Source: the human T2T-CHM13v2.0 reference genome, Homo sapiens
Strand: one strand, 5' to 3'
DNA length: 64,000 nt
NCBI RefSeq assembly: GCF_009914755.1
Contig: NC_060947.1
Shown here: piece by piece, positions 11,741 to 27,755 of the stretch
Layout: every line of letters starts with the position of its first letter
Numbering within the stretch: the first letter of the stretch is position 1
The notes under the pieces: model-generated
What the model saw: the letters and a program-made list of their open reading frames with translations, nothing else
The model's database searches: none
Told to the model about the DNA's origin: nothing
Translations under genes and position numbers: made by a program

Positions 11741-12758
11741 ATGGGGAAAAAACAGAGCAGAAAAACTGAAAATTCTAAAAATCAGAGTGCCACTCCTCCT
11801 CCAACGGAACGCAGCTCCTCACCAGCAATGGAATAAAGCTGGATGGAAAATGACTTTGACAAGTTGAGAGAAGAAGGCTACAGATGATCAAACTTCTCTG
11901 AGCTAAAGGAGGAAGTTCGAACCCAATGCAAAGAAGTTAAAAACCTTGAAAAAAGATGAGACAAATGGCTAACTAGAATAACCAATGCAGAGAAGTCCTT
12001 AAAGGACCTGATGGAGCTGAAAACCATGGCACGAGAACTACATGACAAATGCACAAGCTTCAGTAGCCGATTCAATCAACTGGAAGAAAGGGTATCAGTG
12101 ATGGAAGATTAAATGAATGAAATGAAGCGAGAAGAGAAGTTTAGAGAAAAAAAGAATAAAAAGAAATGAACAAAGCCTCCAAGAAATATAGGACAATGTG
12201 AAAAGACCAAATCTACGTCTGAATGGTATACCTGAAAGTGACGGGGAGAATGGAACCAAGTTGGAAAACACTCTGCAGGACATTATCCAGGACAACTTCC
12301 TCAACCTAGCAAGGCAGGCCAATATTCAAATTCAGGAAATACAGAGAATGCCACAAAGATACTCCTCGAGAAGAGCAACTCCAAGACACATAATTGTCAG
12401 ATTCACCAAAGTTGAAATGAAGGAAAAAATGTTAAGGGCAGCCAGAGAGAAAGGTCGGGTTACCCACAAAGGGAAGCCCGTCAGACTAACAGCGGATCTC
12501 TTGGCAGAAACTCTACAAGCCAGAAGAGAGTGGGGGCCAATATTCAACATTCTTAAAGAAGAGAATTTTCAACCCAGAATTTCATATCCAGCCAAACTAA
12601 GCTTCATAAGTGAAGGAGAAATAAAATACTTTACAGACAAGCAAATGCTGAGAGATTTTGTCACCACCTAGCCTACCCTACAAGAGCTCCTGAAGGAAAC
12701 ACTAAACATGGAAAGGAACAACCGGTACCAGCCACTGCAAACTCATGCCAAATTGTAA
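11741..12758 (+). pseudogene. L1 ORF1p remnant
   Basis: atggggaaaaaacagagc at 11741; ORF 12198-12671 (KRPNLRL...RREWGPIFNILKE); native stop in 'gccaaattgtaa'; premature stops upstream. Confidence 0.92.
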
Positions 12759-12818
12759 AGACCATCGATGCTAGGAAGAAACTGCAACTAATGAGCAAAA
12801 TAACCAGCTAACATCATA

Positions 12819-15903
<3,085 letters not shown>

Positions 15904-16172
15904 ACAATGAGAACACTTGGGCACAGGAAGGGGGACATCACACACTGGGACCTGTTGTGGGGTCTGGGGAGTGGGGAGGGATAGCATTAGGAGATATGCC
16001 TAATGTAAATGACAAGTTAATGGGTGCAGCACACCAGCATGGCACATGTATACATATGTAACAAACCTGCACATTGTGCACATGTACCCTAGAACTTAAA
16101 GTATATTAATAATAATAATAAAATTTATAAGAATAAAAAAATAAAATAAAAAATAAAAATAATTGCCATTCT

Positions 16173-19100
16173 GACTGGAATGAGATGGTACCTCATTGTG
16201 GTTTTGATTTGCATTCTTCTAATGATCAGTGATGTTGAGCTTTTTATCATATGTTTGTTGGCCGCATAATGTCTTCTTTTGAGAAGTATCTGTTCATATC
16301 CTTTGCCTAATTTTTGATGGGGTTGTTTGTTTTTTTTCTTATAAATTTGTTTAAATTTCTTGTAAATTCTGGATATTAGACCTTTATCTTATGGGTAAAT
16401 TGCAAAAATTTTCTCCAATTACCTGTAGGTTGCCTGTTCACTCTGATGATAGTTTCTTTTGCTGTGCGGAAGCACTTTAGTTTAATTTGATCTCATTCGT
16501 CAATTTTAGCTCTTGTTGCAATTGCTTTTGGTGATTTCATCATAAAATCTTTGCCCCTGGCTATGTCCTGATGGTATTGCCTAGGTTTTCTTCTAGGGTT
16601 TTTATGGTTTTGGGTTTTACATTTAAGTATTTAATCCATCTTGACTTAATTTTTGTATATGGTGTGAGGAAGGAGTCCGGTTTCAGTTTTCTGCATATGG
16701 CTAGCCAGTTTTTCTAGCACCATTTATTAAATAGGGAATCGAATCCTTTCCCCATTGTTTGTTTTTGTCAGGTCGATTTTTGCTGAAGATCAGATGGTTG
16801 TAGATGTGTGGTCTTATTTCTCAGGTCTCTATTCTGTTCCAATGGTCTATATGTCTGTTTTGGTACCAGTACCATGCTGTTTCTGTTACTGTAGCCTTGT
16901 AGTATAGTTTGAAGTCAAATAGCATGATGCCTCCAGCTTTGTTCTTTTTGCTTAGGATTGTCTTGGCTATGTGAACTCTTTTTTTGTTCCATGTGAATTT
17001 TAAAACAGGTTTTTTCTAATTCTGTGAAGAATGTAAATGGTAGTTTGATGGGAATAGCATTGAATCTATAAACTACTTTAGGCAGTATGGCCATTCTCAT
17101 GATATTGATTCTTGCTATCCATAAGCATGGAAGGTTTTTCCATTTGTTTGTGTCCTCTCTTTCTACCTTCAGCAGTGGTTTGCAGTTCTCCTTGAAGTGG
17201 TCCTTCGTGTCCCTTGTTAGCTGTGTTTCTAGGTATCTTGTTCTATTTGTAGCAATTGTGAATGGGAGTTCATTCATGATTTGACTCTCTGCCTATTTAT
17301 TGTTGGTGTATGGGAATGCTTGTGATTTTTGCACATTGATTTTGTATCCTGAGACTTCGCTGAAGTTTTTTTATCAGCTTAAGGAGTTTGGTGGCAGAGA
17401 TAATGGTGCTTTCTAAATATAGGATCATGTCATCTGGAAACAGAGACAATTTGACTTCCTCTCTTTCTATTTGAATACCCTTTATTTTTGTCTCTTGCCT
17501 GATTGCCCTGGCCAGAACTTCTAATACTATGTTGAATAGGAGTGGTGACAGAAGCCATCCTTGTCTTGTGCTGGTTTTTAAAGGGAATGCTTCCAGCTAT
17601 TGCCCATTCAGTATGGTATTGGCTGTGGCCTTGTCACAAATAGCTCTTATTTTGAGATATGTTTCATCAATACCTAGTTTATTGAGAATTTTTAACCTGA
17701 AGGGATGTTGAATTTTATCAAAGGTCTTTTCTGCATCTATTGAGATAATCATGTGGGTTTTGTCATTGGTTCTGTTTATTTGATGGATTATATTTATTGA
17801 TTTGCATACGTCGAACCAGCCCTGCATCCCAGGGATAAAGCTGACTTGATGGTGGTGGATAAGCTTTTGATGTGCTGCTGGATTCGGTTTGTCAGTATTT
17901 TTTTGAGGATTTTTGCATCAATGTTCCTGAGGTATATCAACCTGAAGTTTTCTGTTTTTGTTGTGCCTCTGCCAGGTTTTGGTATCAGGATGATGCTGTT
18001 CTCATAAAATTAGTTAGGGAGGAGTCCTTCCTTTTCAATTGCTTGGAATCATGTCTGAAGGAATGGTACCAGCTCCTCTTTGTACCTCTGGTAGAATTCA
18101 GCAGTAAATCCATCTGGTCCTGGGATGCTTTTGGTTGGTAGGCTATTTATTACTGCCTCAATTTTGGAACTTGTTATTGGTCTATTCAGAGATTGGACTT
18201 CTTCCTGGTTTAGTCTTGTGAGGGTGCATGTGTCCAGGAATTTATCTATTTTTTTTAGATTTTCTGATTTATTGACATAGAGGTGTTTATGGTATTTTCT
18301 GATGGTAGTTTTTTTTCTGTGGGGTCAGTGGTGATATCCCTTTTATCATTTTTTATTGTGTTTATTGGAGTCTTCTCTCTTTTCTTCTTTATTAGTCTAG
18401 CTAGCAGTCTATCTTATTAATTTTTTTTTCAGAAAGCCAGCTCCTGAATTCATTAATATTTTGAAGGGTTTTTCGTGTCTCTGTTTCCTTCAGTTCTGCT
18501 CAGATCTTAGTTATTTCTTGTCTTCTGCTAGCTTTTGGATTTGTTTTTTCTTGCTTCTCTACTTCTTTTAATTGTGGTGTTAGGGTGTCAGTTTGAGATC
18601 TTTCTACCTTTCTGATGTGGACATTTAGTGCTATAAATTTTCCTCCTAACACTGCTTTAGCTGCATCCCAGAGATTCTAGTACATTATCTCTTTGCTCTC
18701 ATTTGTTTCAAAGAACTTCTTGATTCCTGCCTTAATTTCATTATTTACCCAGGAGTCATTCAGGATCAGGTTGTTCAATTTCCATGTAGTTGTGTGGTTT
18801 TAAGTGAGTTTCTTAATCCTGAGTTCTAATTTGATTGCACTTTGGTCTGAGAGACTCTTTGTAATTATTTCAGTTATTTTGAATGTTGACCTGTCGTGCT
18901 AGGTTGGGGAAGTTCTCACAGATAATATTCTGAAGTGTGTTTTCCAACTTGGTTCCATTATCCCCATCTCTTTCAGGCACTCTTATCAGTGGTAGGTTCA
19001 GGCTTTTTACATAGTCCCATATTTCTTGGAGGTTTTGGTCATTCCTTTTCGTTCTTTTTTCTCTAATCTTGTCTGCCTGCCTTATTTCAGCAAGATAGTC

Positions 19101-20503
19101 TTCCATCTCTGATATTCTTTCTTCCACTTGATCCATTTGGCTATTGATACTTCTGTATGCTTCACGAAGTTCTCGTGCTGCATTTTTCAGCTCCATTAGG
19201 TCATTTATGTTCCTCAGCGAAGTTTGTTACTACCCAACTTCTGAAGCCTACTTCTGTCAATTTGTCCATCTCATCTTCCATCCAGCTTTGCCCCCTTGTT
19301 TGAGAGGTGTTGTGATCATTTGGAGGAGAAGAGGCCTTTTGGGTTTTCAGAATTTTTCCATTGATTTTTTTCTCGTCTTCATGAGTTTGCCTAGTTTTGA
19401 TCCTTGAGGCTGTTGCCACTTGGATGAGGTTTTTGTGAGGACTTTTTTTGTTGATGCTGTTTTTGTTGCTGTTTTTTTTTGTTTGTTTGTTTTTCTTTCA
19501 ATAGTTAGGTCCCTCTTCTGTAGGGCTGCTGTGGTTTGCTGGGGTTGCACTTCAGGCCCTGTTCATCTGGTTCTCTCCCACGCCTGGAGATGTCACTTGA
19601 GGAGTCTGGAGGACAGCAAAGATGGGTGTCTCCTCCTTCATCTGGGATCTCTGACCTCAAGGGGCATTGACCTGATACCAGTAGGAACGTTCCTGTACAG
19701 GATGTCTGAAAAACCCTGTTGGAGGGGTCTCACACAGTTGGGTGGCACAGGAAGCAGGACCCATTTAATGAGGCACTTTAGCTGTCCCTTGGTGCAAGGG
19801 GTTTGCTGCGCTGGGGTGAAACCCACTCATCTTGGCTGCCTGGATTCCTCAGAGCTAGAAGGAGGAAAGACTAAGTCTGCTGGTCAATGGAGATTGTGGC
19901 CATCCCTCCCCCTAGGGGCTCAGGCCCAGGGAGATCAGAGCTCTGTCCCTGAGCCCTGGCTGAAGTTTGAGTTCCTACAAGGAGGCCCTGCAGCTGCAGT
20001 GTTGGCTGCTGCCTCTCCCCCAAGGAGCTCAGATGGCTTAGACTGCAGGTAGCCACAGCAGTGGTTATGGCCACCCCTCCCCCAGGAAACTTGGCAGCTT
20101 AGGCCAATTGATTCTATCCAAGTGAGCATTGAGAATCTGTGTGGCTTTGTAGTTGAAGCCCAAGGCCCCAGTGGCATGCGCTCCCGAGTGGAATCTTCTG
20201 ATCCATGGGTTGCACAGCTCCATAGAAAAAGCATGGTTTCCCAGGGTGGGTAGCACACTCACTCACCATCTCCCTTGGCTGGGGGTATGGCCTCCCCTGC
20301 CCCGTGTGGCTATCAGGTGCGCTGCCACACCACACTGCTCTTCCTTCCTCTCCATGGTTCACACCAGCTGCCTAGTCAGTCCTAATGACAGAACCTGGAT
20401 ACCTCGGTTGCCCGTGTGAGATTTGCACTGTGTTTTGGATCTTCTTGGTTGGAAACTCCAATCACTGCTGCTTCTAGTCAGCCATCTTGGCCCTGCCCCT
20501 CTC
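16173..20503 (-). mobile_element. L1PA8-10-like element, remainder through intact 5' start (part 2)
   Basis: Resumes ORF2 collinearly after the TSD. RT motif QGWF (17597-17827), ORF1 pieces (18870-19419), 5' start rc 'ggagaggggcagggccaagatggctgactagaagcagc'. TSD cagaatttc(c/a)ttttt(t)aa at 10510-10526 / 20504-20521. Confidence 0.92.
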
Positions 20504-20537
20504 CAGAATTTCATTTTTTAAGGTTGAATAGTATTCC

Positions 20538-20585
<48 letters not shown>

Positions 20586-20925
20586 ACATTTTCTTTATCC
20601 ATTCATCTATTTATGGACATTTATGTTGATTCCTTATCTTGGCTATTGTGAATACAGTTGCAATAACCAAGATATGGAATCAACCTTGGAATCAAGAGGG
20701 GTGCAGATATCTCTACAATATACTGGTTTCCTTTTCTTTGGATAAATTCATAGTTGTGGAATTGCTGGATCATATGGTAGTTCTATTTTTAATTTATTGA
20801 GGAACCTCCATACTATTCTCCACAATGACTATGCTAATTTACATTCCCATCAACAGTATATAAGAGTTCCCTTTTCTTCACGTATTTGTCAGTATTTGTT
20901 ATTTTTTGTCTTTTTTATAATTGGC
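20504..20925 (-). mobile_element. L1MA 3' region, part 2
   Basis: 'gaatagtattccattgtgt...ggaattgctggatcatatggtagttctattttt...gaggaacctccatact' continues the 10050-10526 piece. Confidence 0.85.
20541..20584. repeat. (GT)22 microsatellite
   Basis: Pure GT run read directly. Confidence 0.97.
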
Positions 20926-21219
20926 TGAGATTTGAAGTATATATAGTTCACATTCAGCCCAGATTCAATTGGAAGAATACTGGAGTAGAATCAAACTAGT
21001 ACATGAAAAAGAAAATTCCATTTTTTAAAGTGCATCCCCAAAAGCACTATAATTTTTTAAAATTATCTATAATACAAGGTAATTTTGAAATAAAACTGAG
21101 GGTTGAAAAGAATAGCATCGTTTTTCTAGTTATAGAGTTCATAGTTTTGTTCAAATTTCTAGCTTTAAAAAAGTAAAAATGTTTTGGCTTGGGCCTGCTT
21201 TCACAGATTTTAAATTATG

Positions 21220-21283
21220 GAGGATAATGGAGCCCTCGAAATGTTTACCTTGAGGATCATGGAGCCCTCAAAATGTTTACCTT
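21220..21283. repeat. 32-bp tandem duplication
   Basis: gaggataatggagccctcgaaatgtttacctt / gaggatcatggagccctcaaaatgtttacctt (30/32 identical). Confidence 0.92.
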
Positions 21284-21954
21284 TCAAGACCTAAGTTCCC
21301 CCAAAATGGCTATTTGAGGGTTAGAGCCCAGTCCGCTGTTTGAAATAAAACAGCATCTGCTCTCTGCTCAAAGTCTACAGAGGATAAGAGACGGTGGACT
21401 CTTGTAGAGCTCTTAACTGAGCAGTTTGGAAACTAGGAGATGGTGTACAGTCAGGCTTGGGACTGACCTTTCTTAATAAATACCTGACACAGAAGGGTAA
21501 CAAGCATCATCTCAAGTTCTTTGAAGAGTAGCCAAACATGCTGATTCTACATTGCAATGGTTCTAAATGGCTTCTTATTCAGGAGGTTTTCCACTCCCTA
21601 CAGAGCCACAGAAATATGAAGTAAAGGTTGGTGCAGGGGATGACAGGGGTGTGTGCATGCCAGCATGCCAGCCTTTTTCTTAACAACTGCCTTAGCAAGT
21701 ACAGCCACCATTTGAATTCCCTCTACCCTGGGGATAAGCAATTGGTAGAGAAAATAAAATATATTTTCTTATAAAATCCAGAAGTTGAGGGAAGAAAGAA
21801 AAAGAAAGACCTGACACTGTGTGGCAATGTAGAAAGTTTATTCTCAGTGTGTTCCCCATTCCCACATTAAATCCCTTTTCAAGGATTAAACTCTATTCAG
21901 AAGTTCATTATCTACCTCTTCTTAGCTTGGCATTCAGACAAACCTATGCTACTA

Positions 21955-22140
21955 GGCAGCTGTAACATTGAGCACATAACTTCAGCCTTTCTAGGTCTTA
22001 TTTGCTTCATATGTAAGATGGAGAAAATAATGAAATTTATCTTACAGAGTGCTTATAAGGATCCAAGGAAATGATAAAGCAACTGAAAAGTACCTAGTCC
22101 CATGTCTAGCACATAAAACATACTTAGTTAAGTGTCCATT
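21955..22140 (+). mobile_element. MIR-family SINE
   Basis: Core-like 'cataacttcagcctttctaggtcttatttgcttcatatgtaagatggagaaaataatg...acagagtgcttataaggat'. Confidence 0.6.
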
Positions 22141-22574
22141 GAATCTAAAGTATACCTGATCAACTTATGCCTCCTCAGATGTTACTGAGCACTGTGCTTA
22201 TGTGTTCTCCCACTATAACATGCATGCAATTGATCAGAGTCTTTCACTGTCTCAAGTTGAAGAATTCACTAATAATGGATAGTTCAAGAAAGAAACAGAG
22301 CAATAAAGGTTTCTGTTGTGGTGACGAAGAGAGAGTAGTAAAATAATTAGCCACAGGTGACCTGTCAGAGGACAATGTTCTAAGTATTTGTATTAAGACC
22401 AAGGTCTATGAACCAAACTGGAAGTAAGAAACCTGGCATCCCTAGTCATGTCAACCCAGCTAGATTCATCCTATGTTTATGGAAGATTGTTCATGCCAGT
22501 AATCTATCTCCTTGGGCATCATCAAAGATAAGACTTTATACTCAACAACAACAATAACAATAACAACTTGGGGC

Positions 22575-22812
22575 ACTAATTGAGTAATTGCTCTGGTTTA
22601 GACGTTGTACTAAAAGTTTGTCCATGTATTATCTCATTTAATCCTCATAATCACTTTATGAAGAAAGTAACATTATTATGCATTTTTTACAGGTAAAGTG
22701 ACTGAAGCTCAGTGAGGCTGCATATTTTGACAAAGGTCATATAAAAAGAAAATGATAGAGCTGGCATTTAAACCTAAATCAATCTGACTCCAGAGTCCAT
22801 GCTCTTAATTAT
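22575..22812 (-). mobile_element. MIR-family SINE
   Basis: 'tattatctcatttaatcctcataa...ttttacaggtaaagtgactgaagctcagtgagg...ctgactccagagtccatgctcttaa'. Confidence 0.8.
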
Positions 22813-22844
22813 GACACAAACAGGCTCTCAGTGGGACCTTTTTC

Positions 22845-23445
22845 TGTTGCTGTTCCCATTATTGCAACATAATAATCTACTCTAAAATTAATGACATAAA
22901 AATAATTGTTATGCTCACAGATTCTGTGGATCAGGAGTTTAGAAAGGTCACAGTGGAGATTATTTTCTGAGAAAACTCAAACGGTTTAGGGATGAAACAG
23001 CTTGTGTTAGAGAATCCATTTCAAGATTTCTTTTTCGCTCACATGTCTACTGGTTGATGTTGGTTGATAACTGAGACCTGGACCTCATCTTGGGCTTTCA
23101 ACTAAGATACCTATGTTTGACCTCTCCACGTGACCTGAGTTTCCTTCATCATGGTGTTCTAAGAGTAGCTGGACTTCTTATATGGTGATTCAAGTCTCCA
23201 AAAACAAATCCCCCATGGTCGAAGCAGAAAATGCTTTGTCTTTTATTACCTATCTTTGTAGGTCACATAGTATTATTTCCATTTTCCTTTAATATTTGAA
23301 ACAGTCATAAGCCTGCCTAGATTCAAAGTGGGTGGGGGGGAATTTAGATTCCACCATTGAAATGACAGTGGCAAGATCACATTGTAGAAGAGCATGTGCG
23401 ATGAGAGATATTATTGCAGCCATTTGGAAAATATAATATCCCACA
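22845..23445 (-). mobile_element. MLT1-type MaLR solo LTR
   Basis: 'ttatgctcacagattctgtggatcaggagttt...gacctctccacgtgacctgagtttcct...gcagccatttggaaaatataatatcccaca'. Confidence 0.7.
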
Positions 23446-23702
23446 CATCCCCCACCTACATTTCAGTGTAGACTGCAGGAAACCTGCTGAGGTAACTTGT
23501 CAGTGGTAGTCTATTTCTCAGATCAATTTCTTTGTACCTTGATGTGTTTTGTTGGGTGCATAAACATAGCCTGAAGCACTGCAGAAAGAAAGTTTACCTC
23601 TTTGCCCTCAAGAGAAGAAATATGTCTTAATGTGAAAATGCTCCAAGGCATGTAAATATTGGTTTCAGCTGGTTTTTACACCAGAAAACAATCACCTTTG
23701 AG

Positions 23703-23820
23703 AACCTATTCTGTGTTTTAGACTGTGCTAGGAGCTAAGATATTTAGCAGAAGTAAATTATAACCTATTCTGTGTTTTAGACTGTGCTAGGAGCTAAGAT
23801 ATTTAGCAGAAGTAAATTAT
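23703..23820. repeat. Perfect 59-bp tandem duplication
   Basis: aacctattctgtgttttagactgtgctaggagctaagatatttagcagaagtaaattat at 23703-23761 and 23762-23820. Confidence 0.97.
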
Positions 23821-24228
23821 ATAATCTCTATTCCTAGAGCTTGGTAAGATTTGCACAGTACTAGACTAGAAATTAGACTACTTCTTTGCCATTTACCCCA
23901 TTACCTGGAGCAAATCACTTGTCTTGTCAGAACATCACTTTATTCCTCTACCAAGGGGAGAATCTGCCTTAACCTAATACACAGGCTTTTGGAAGATGAC
24001 AAAAACTCACATTTTAAAAGAATGAAGAACTAAGTTAACATGAAATGTAATCATCTTTGAAAAGAAGTATGTTTCCACCTCCAAACACCATACAAAATAG
24101 ATAAGAAACTTAACAGAAAATTATCAATAGCTAATTCACAAAATACTAGAGAGAATGCCATGTGGATTCTGGGGAAGTATCCAAGAGTGAGGGCTGCATG
24201 AGTAGAAAACCAAAATATGGTAAGTGGA

Positions 24229-24680
24229 TGTATTATTTAACTACTGTTGCATAACAAATGTTCCCAAAACTCAAAGGCATGCAAGAATAATCATTTATTC
24301 TCATGGTAATGGGTCTTTAGATCACCTGGGTTTGTCTTATTTAAGTTGGCTAGATTTGGCTCCAAGCTGTTGATCAGGTCCAGGACTGTCCCATGTTTCT
24401 CTTATCTTCCTTGTGCCAGCAAGGTACTTGAAGCAAGTTCAAATTGTAAGGGCAGAAGCACAAAGGGAGCTAATCTCAACCAGATAAGCACATTTTCAAG
24501 CTGCTTCTAGCAATATTTCTGCCATTGTCACATTGGCCCAAACAAGTCACATGGCCAAGCCCAACATCAAGGGACAGAGTTGTAGATTCTGCCTGTCAAG
24601 AAGTTATTGTAGGATGTGAACATATAATATCACGATAAGGAAGTGAAGAATAATGAGCAATAATTCAGTCTAACAGTAAG
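24229..24680 (-). mobile_element. MLT1 (I/J-like) MaLR solo LTR
   Basis: 'tgtattatttaactactgttgcataacaaatgttcccaaaactc...cattggcccaaacaagtcacatggccaagcccaacatcaaggg'. Confidence 0.7.
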
Positions 24681-25419
24681 AGAACATAAGAAAAGCCAGT
24701 AAAAACTGGAGCCTAGGTCAATAGAATACATGGGGCATGGGGGTGAAGAAGACAAGAATTGTAGGGAAATAAGGAAACATAAGACATGTAACACAAGGCT
24801 ACCTTATAGATGTTTCTGATTTCCATGACATGGTGTTTGGAAAAGTTTATCTTTCTAGTTGTTTATTTAAAACGGGAATCTGAATCAATGTGAGGTATCT
24901 CTGTTGCTTATATATGCCCTAACAAATCTTTAAAAACTAAATAAGTTAGCAAGAAAAGAATATTTGATAATTTCAGTGTAATTCCTGGGGCCATCCTAGA
25001 ACCATCTGTGAGGTGAGTCTTGGCAAAGGAACAAATTAAATAATGGTGTCATTAGGCAACATGAATATTCATGCAGATGCTGTTGTTTACACATTCTTTT
25101 CTGTCATGGCTAAATAAAACATGGCACCATTTATGTGCAAATTACCACACAATGATTCTGCCACATTTCTAAATGACTGAAGGGGGTGTTACTGGATGAA
25201 GGCTTTCCAAGTCCCTGGCAATTATATGGTGAGCTACCCAAACTGAAGGTCAACTGGTGGGCTCCACTGTATTAGGAAATGAGGGTTAGTAGAACTATGA
25301 GCCCAGGGAGGAAGAGCATCTGTAAGACACAAGGTCCTAGACAAAGATGAATCAAAGGCCAGGTAAGCCACAGAAATCAAGAGGTCCATTGATAAGGATG
25401 AGGCAAAAGAGGAAAGAAC

Positions 25420-26050
25420 TAATATTACTGAGTGTCTACAATATACCAGGTAGCATGCTAGGTGTTTTATACATACTATAGTCCTCTTAATCACTGCTAT
25501 GGTTTTAATAACTGTCCACTCCAAAACCCATGTTGAAACGTAATCCCCAATGTGGCAGTATTGAGAGGTAGGGCCTCTAAGAGGTGATATGAATGAATCT
25601 ATTCATGGATCAATAAATTAGTGGGTTAATGGGTTATCATGGGAATCAGATTTGTGGCTTTATAGGGAGAGAGACATGAGCTAGCACACTTAGTTCCCTC
25701 ACCATGTGATGCCCTATGTCACTTTGGGACTCTGCAAAGAGCCTTCCCCAGCAAAAAGGCCCTTGCCAGATGCAGCCCCTCAACCTTGGATTTCTCAGCC
25801 TCTATAACAGTAATAAATATTTTTTCTCCATAAGTTACATAGTTTTAGGTATTCCGATACAAACAACAGAAAACAGACTAAGATAATTACCTTATGAGAT
25901 ATATGGTATTTTGTCTCATTTTGCAGATAAAGAAACTGAGACTAATTGAGGTAAAATGACTTGCTTAAGTTCACACCATCTTGTATGCCGCAAAACTAAG
26001 CTTGGTTCTCTCTGAATACATAATTTACATTCTTTACATACTCTGAAGTC
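25420..26050 (-). mobile_element. MIR split by MST LTR
   Basis: 'tattactgagtgtctacaatataccagg' (left) and 'cattttgcagataaagaaactgagact' (right) flank the LTR. Confidence 0.65.
25495..25885 (+). mobile_element. MSTD-like MaLR solo LTR
   Basis: tgctatgg...cagactaagata termini; 'catgttgaaacgtaatccccaatgtggcagtattgagagg'; 5-bp TSD atcac/attac. Confidence 0.85.
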
Positions 26051-26986
26051 TATATCTTTCCATCACAGCATGTTATCTCCTCACAAACAGGACTGAGATA
26101 TTTGGGGAAATGGCTAGGCGAACAATACACAGTAGGTACACAGGAAATAAGCAAAGGATGGGGTAGGGTGAGGTGGGGTGGGAAGCAACAAATAGGAGAA
26201 GCCAGATAAAACGTAGCACAATGAGTAAAGAAGAGCCTTCAGTTTTCTCCTCCAACTAATAACCAATCCTGAATGAAACTGGCCTGGAGTCTTGAAGAGG
26301 ACAAATAGAAACATTGGTCTGAATACTCAGCACCTTCGGCTGGCCAGCTGTGCCCTGCATTCAAAGCATTATTTGTCAGAGGCTCTTCTCTGACAAGGCC
26401 TTTATGTAGATATTAACACAACTAGTTTCTGTGGTCTTTCAAACTAGTGAGTAGCTTGTGTAAATATTAAACTGGAGATAAATGCCATTGTGTGAACTCC
26501 ATGTCTTTTCCTCTGCTGGCCCACTGAACATTAATGTTTGCTGACAAAAAAACAATGTTTACAACTGCTTATTCTAAGAAAAAATCACTAGAAGACTAGT
26601 ATTTGTGTTAGGAAGCCACTATACTTGGGGTCTCAGGAGAAGAACATCAGATAGAGCTCCTCTTTTTCTGGAAACCTGGGATGCCTTTGAGAGCACAGGC
26701 TAAGAAGTAAAAGAAAAGAAGGCCAGCTTAATACCAAAAGATGGAATTTACAATAAAGTTTGTGTGAGCCGATTGTGTGTTGATTGGGAATTCTTGAATT
26801 ATAGGAAGTAGCTAGACAAAGCCTTTTCTGCTTACTAGCAAGGCTGACCACACATATAAATGATCTGAGTTTGGGATTTATCAATTGACTTTGGGCATTT
26901 GCTTGTGAAAACAAAAAAAATCCATACTGAAAATTCAGTTCTTCAGATTGAAAAACATTTTGATCTCGTTAAAATGTAAACATCTT

Positions 26987-27510
<524 letters not shown>

Positions 27511-27571
27511 TTAACTCTTTTTATCAGTTAACTGTTATGTGCTATGCTTTTCTGGACTCTTTCATCTAAAA

Positions 27572-27755
27572 TAGAGGTTAGCAAACTTTTTCTATAAACG
27601 GCCAGAGAGTAAATATTTTTTATTTTACCATGACTACCCAACTCTGCTATTGCAGCATAAAAGCAGCTCTAGACAGTGTGTAGAGTGTCAAATATTCCAA
27701 TAAACCTTATTTACAAAAAAAAAAAAGTTATGAGTCAAATTTTTCTGACCCCTGA
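27572..27755 (+). mobile_element. MER58A-like hAT-Charlie MITE
   Basis: 'agaggttagcaaactttttctataaacggccagagagtaaatatttt...ttccaataaaccttatttacaaaaa...ctgacccctg'. Confidence 0.75.

Noticed and set aside
19420-20052. 210-aa plus-strand ORF
   Set aside because: Antisense read of an L1 5'UTR; no recognisable domain or splice context.
26073-26314. Hydrophobic minus-strand ORFs resembling membrane peptides
   Set aside because: They arise from a purine-rich plus strand; no convincing start or splice context.
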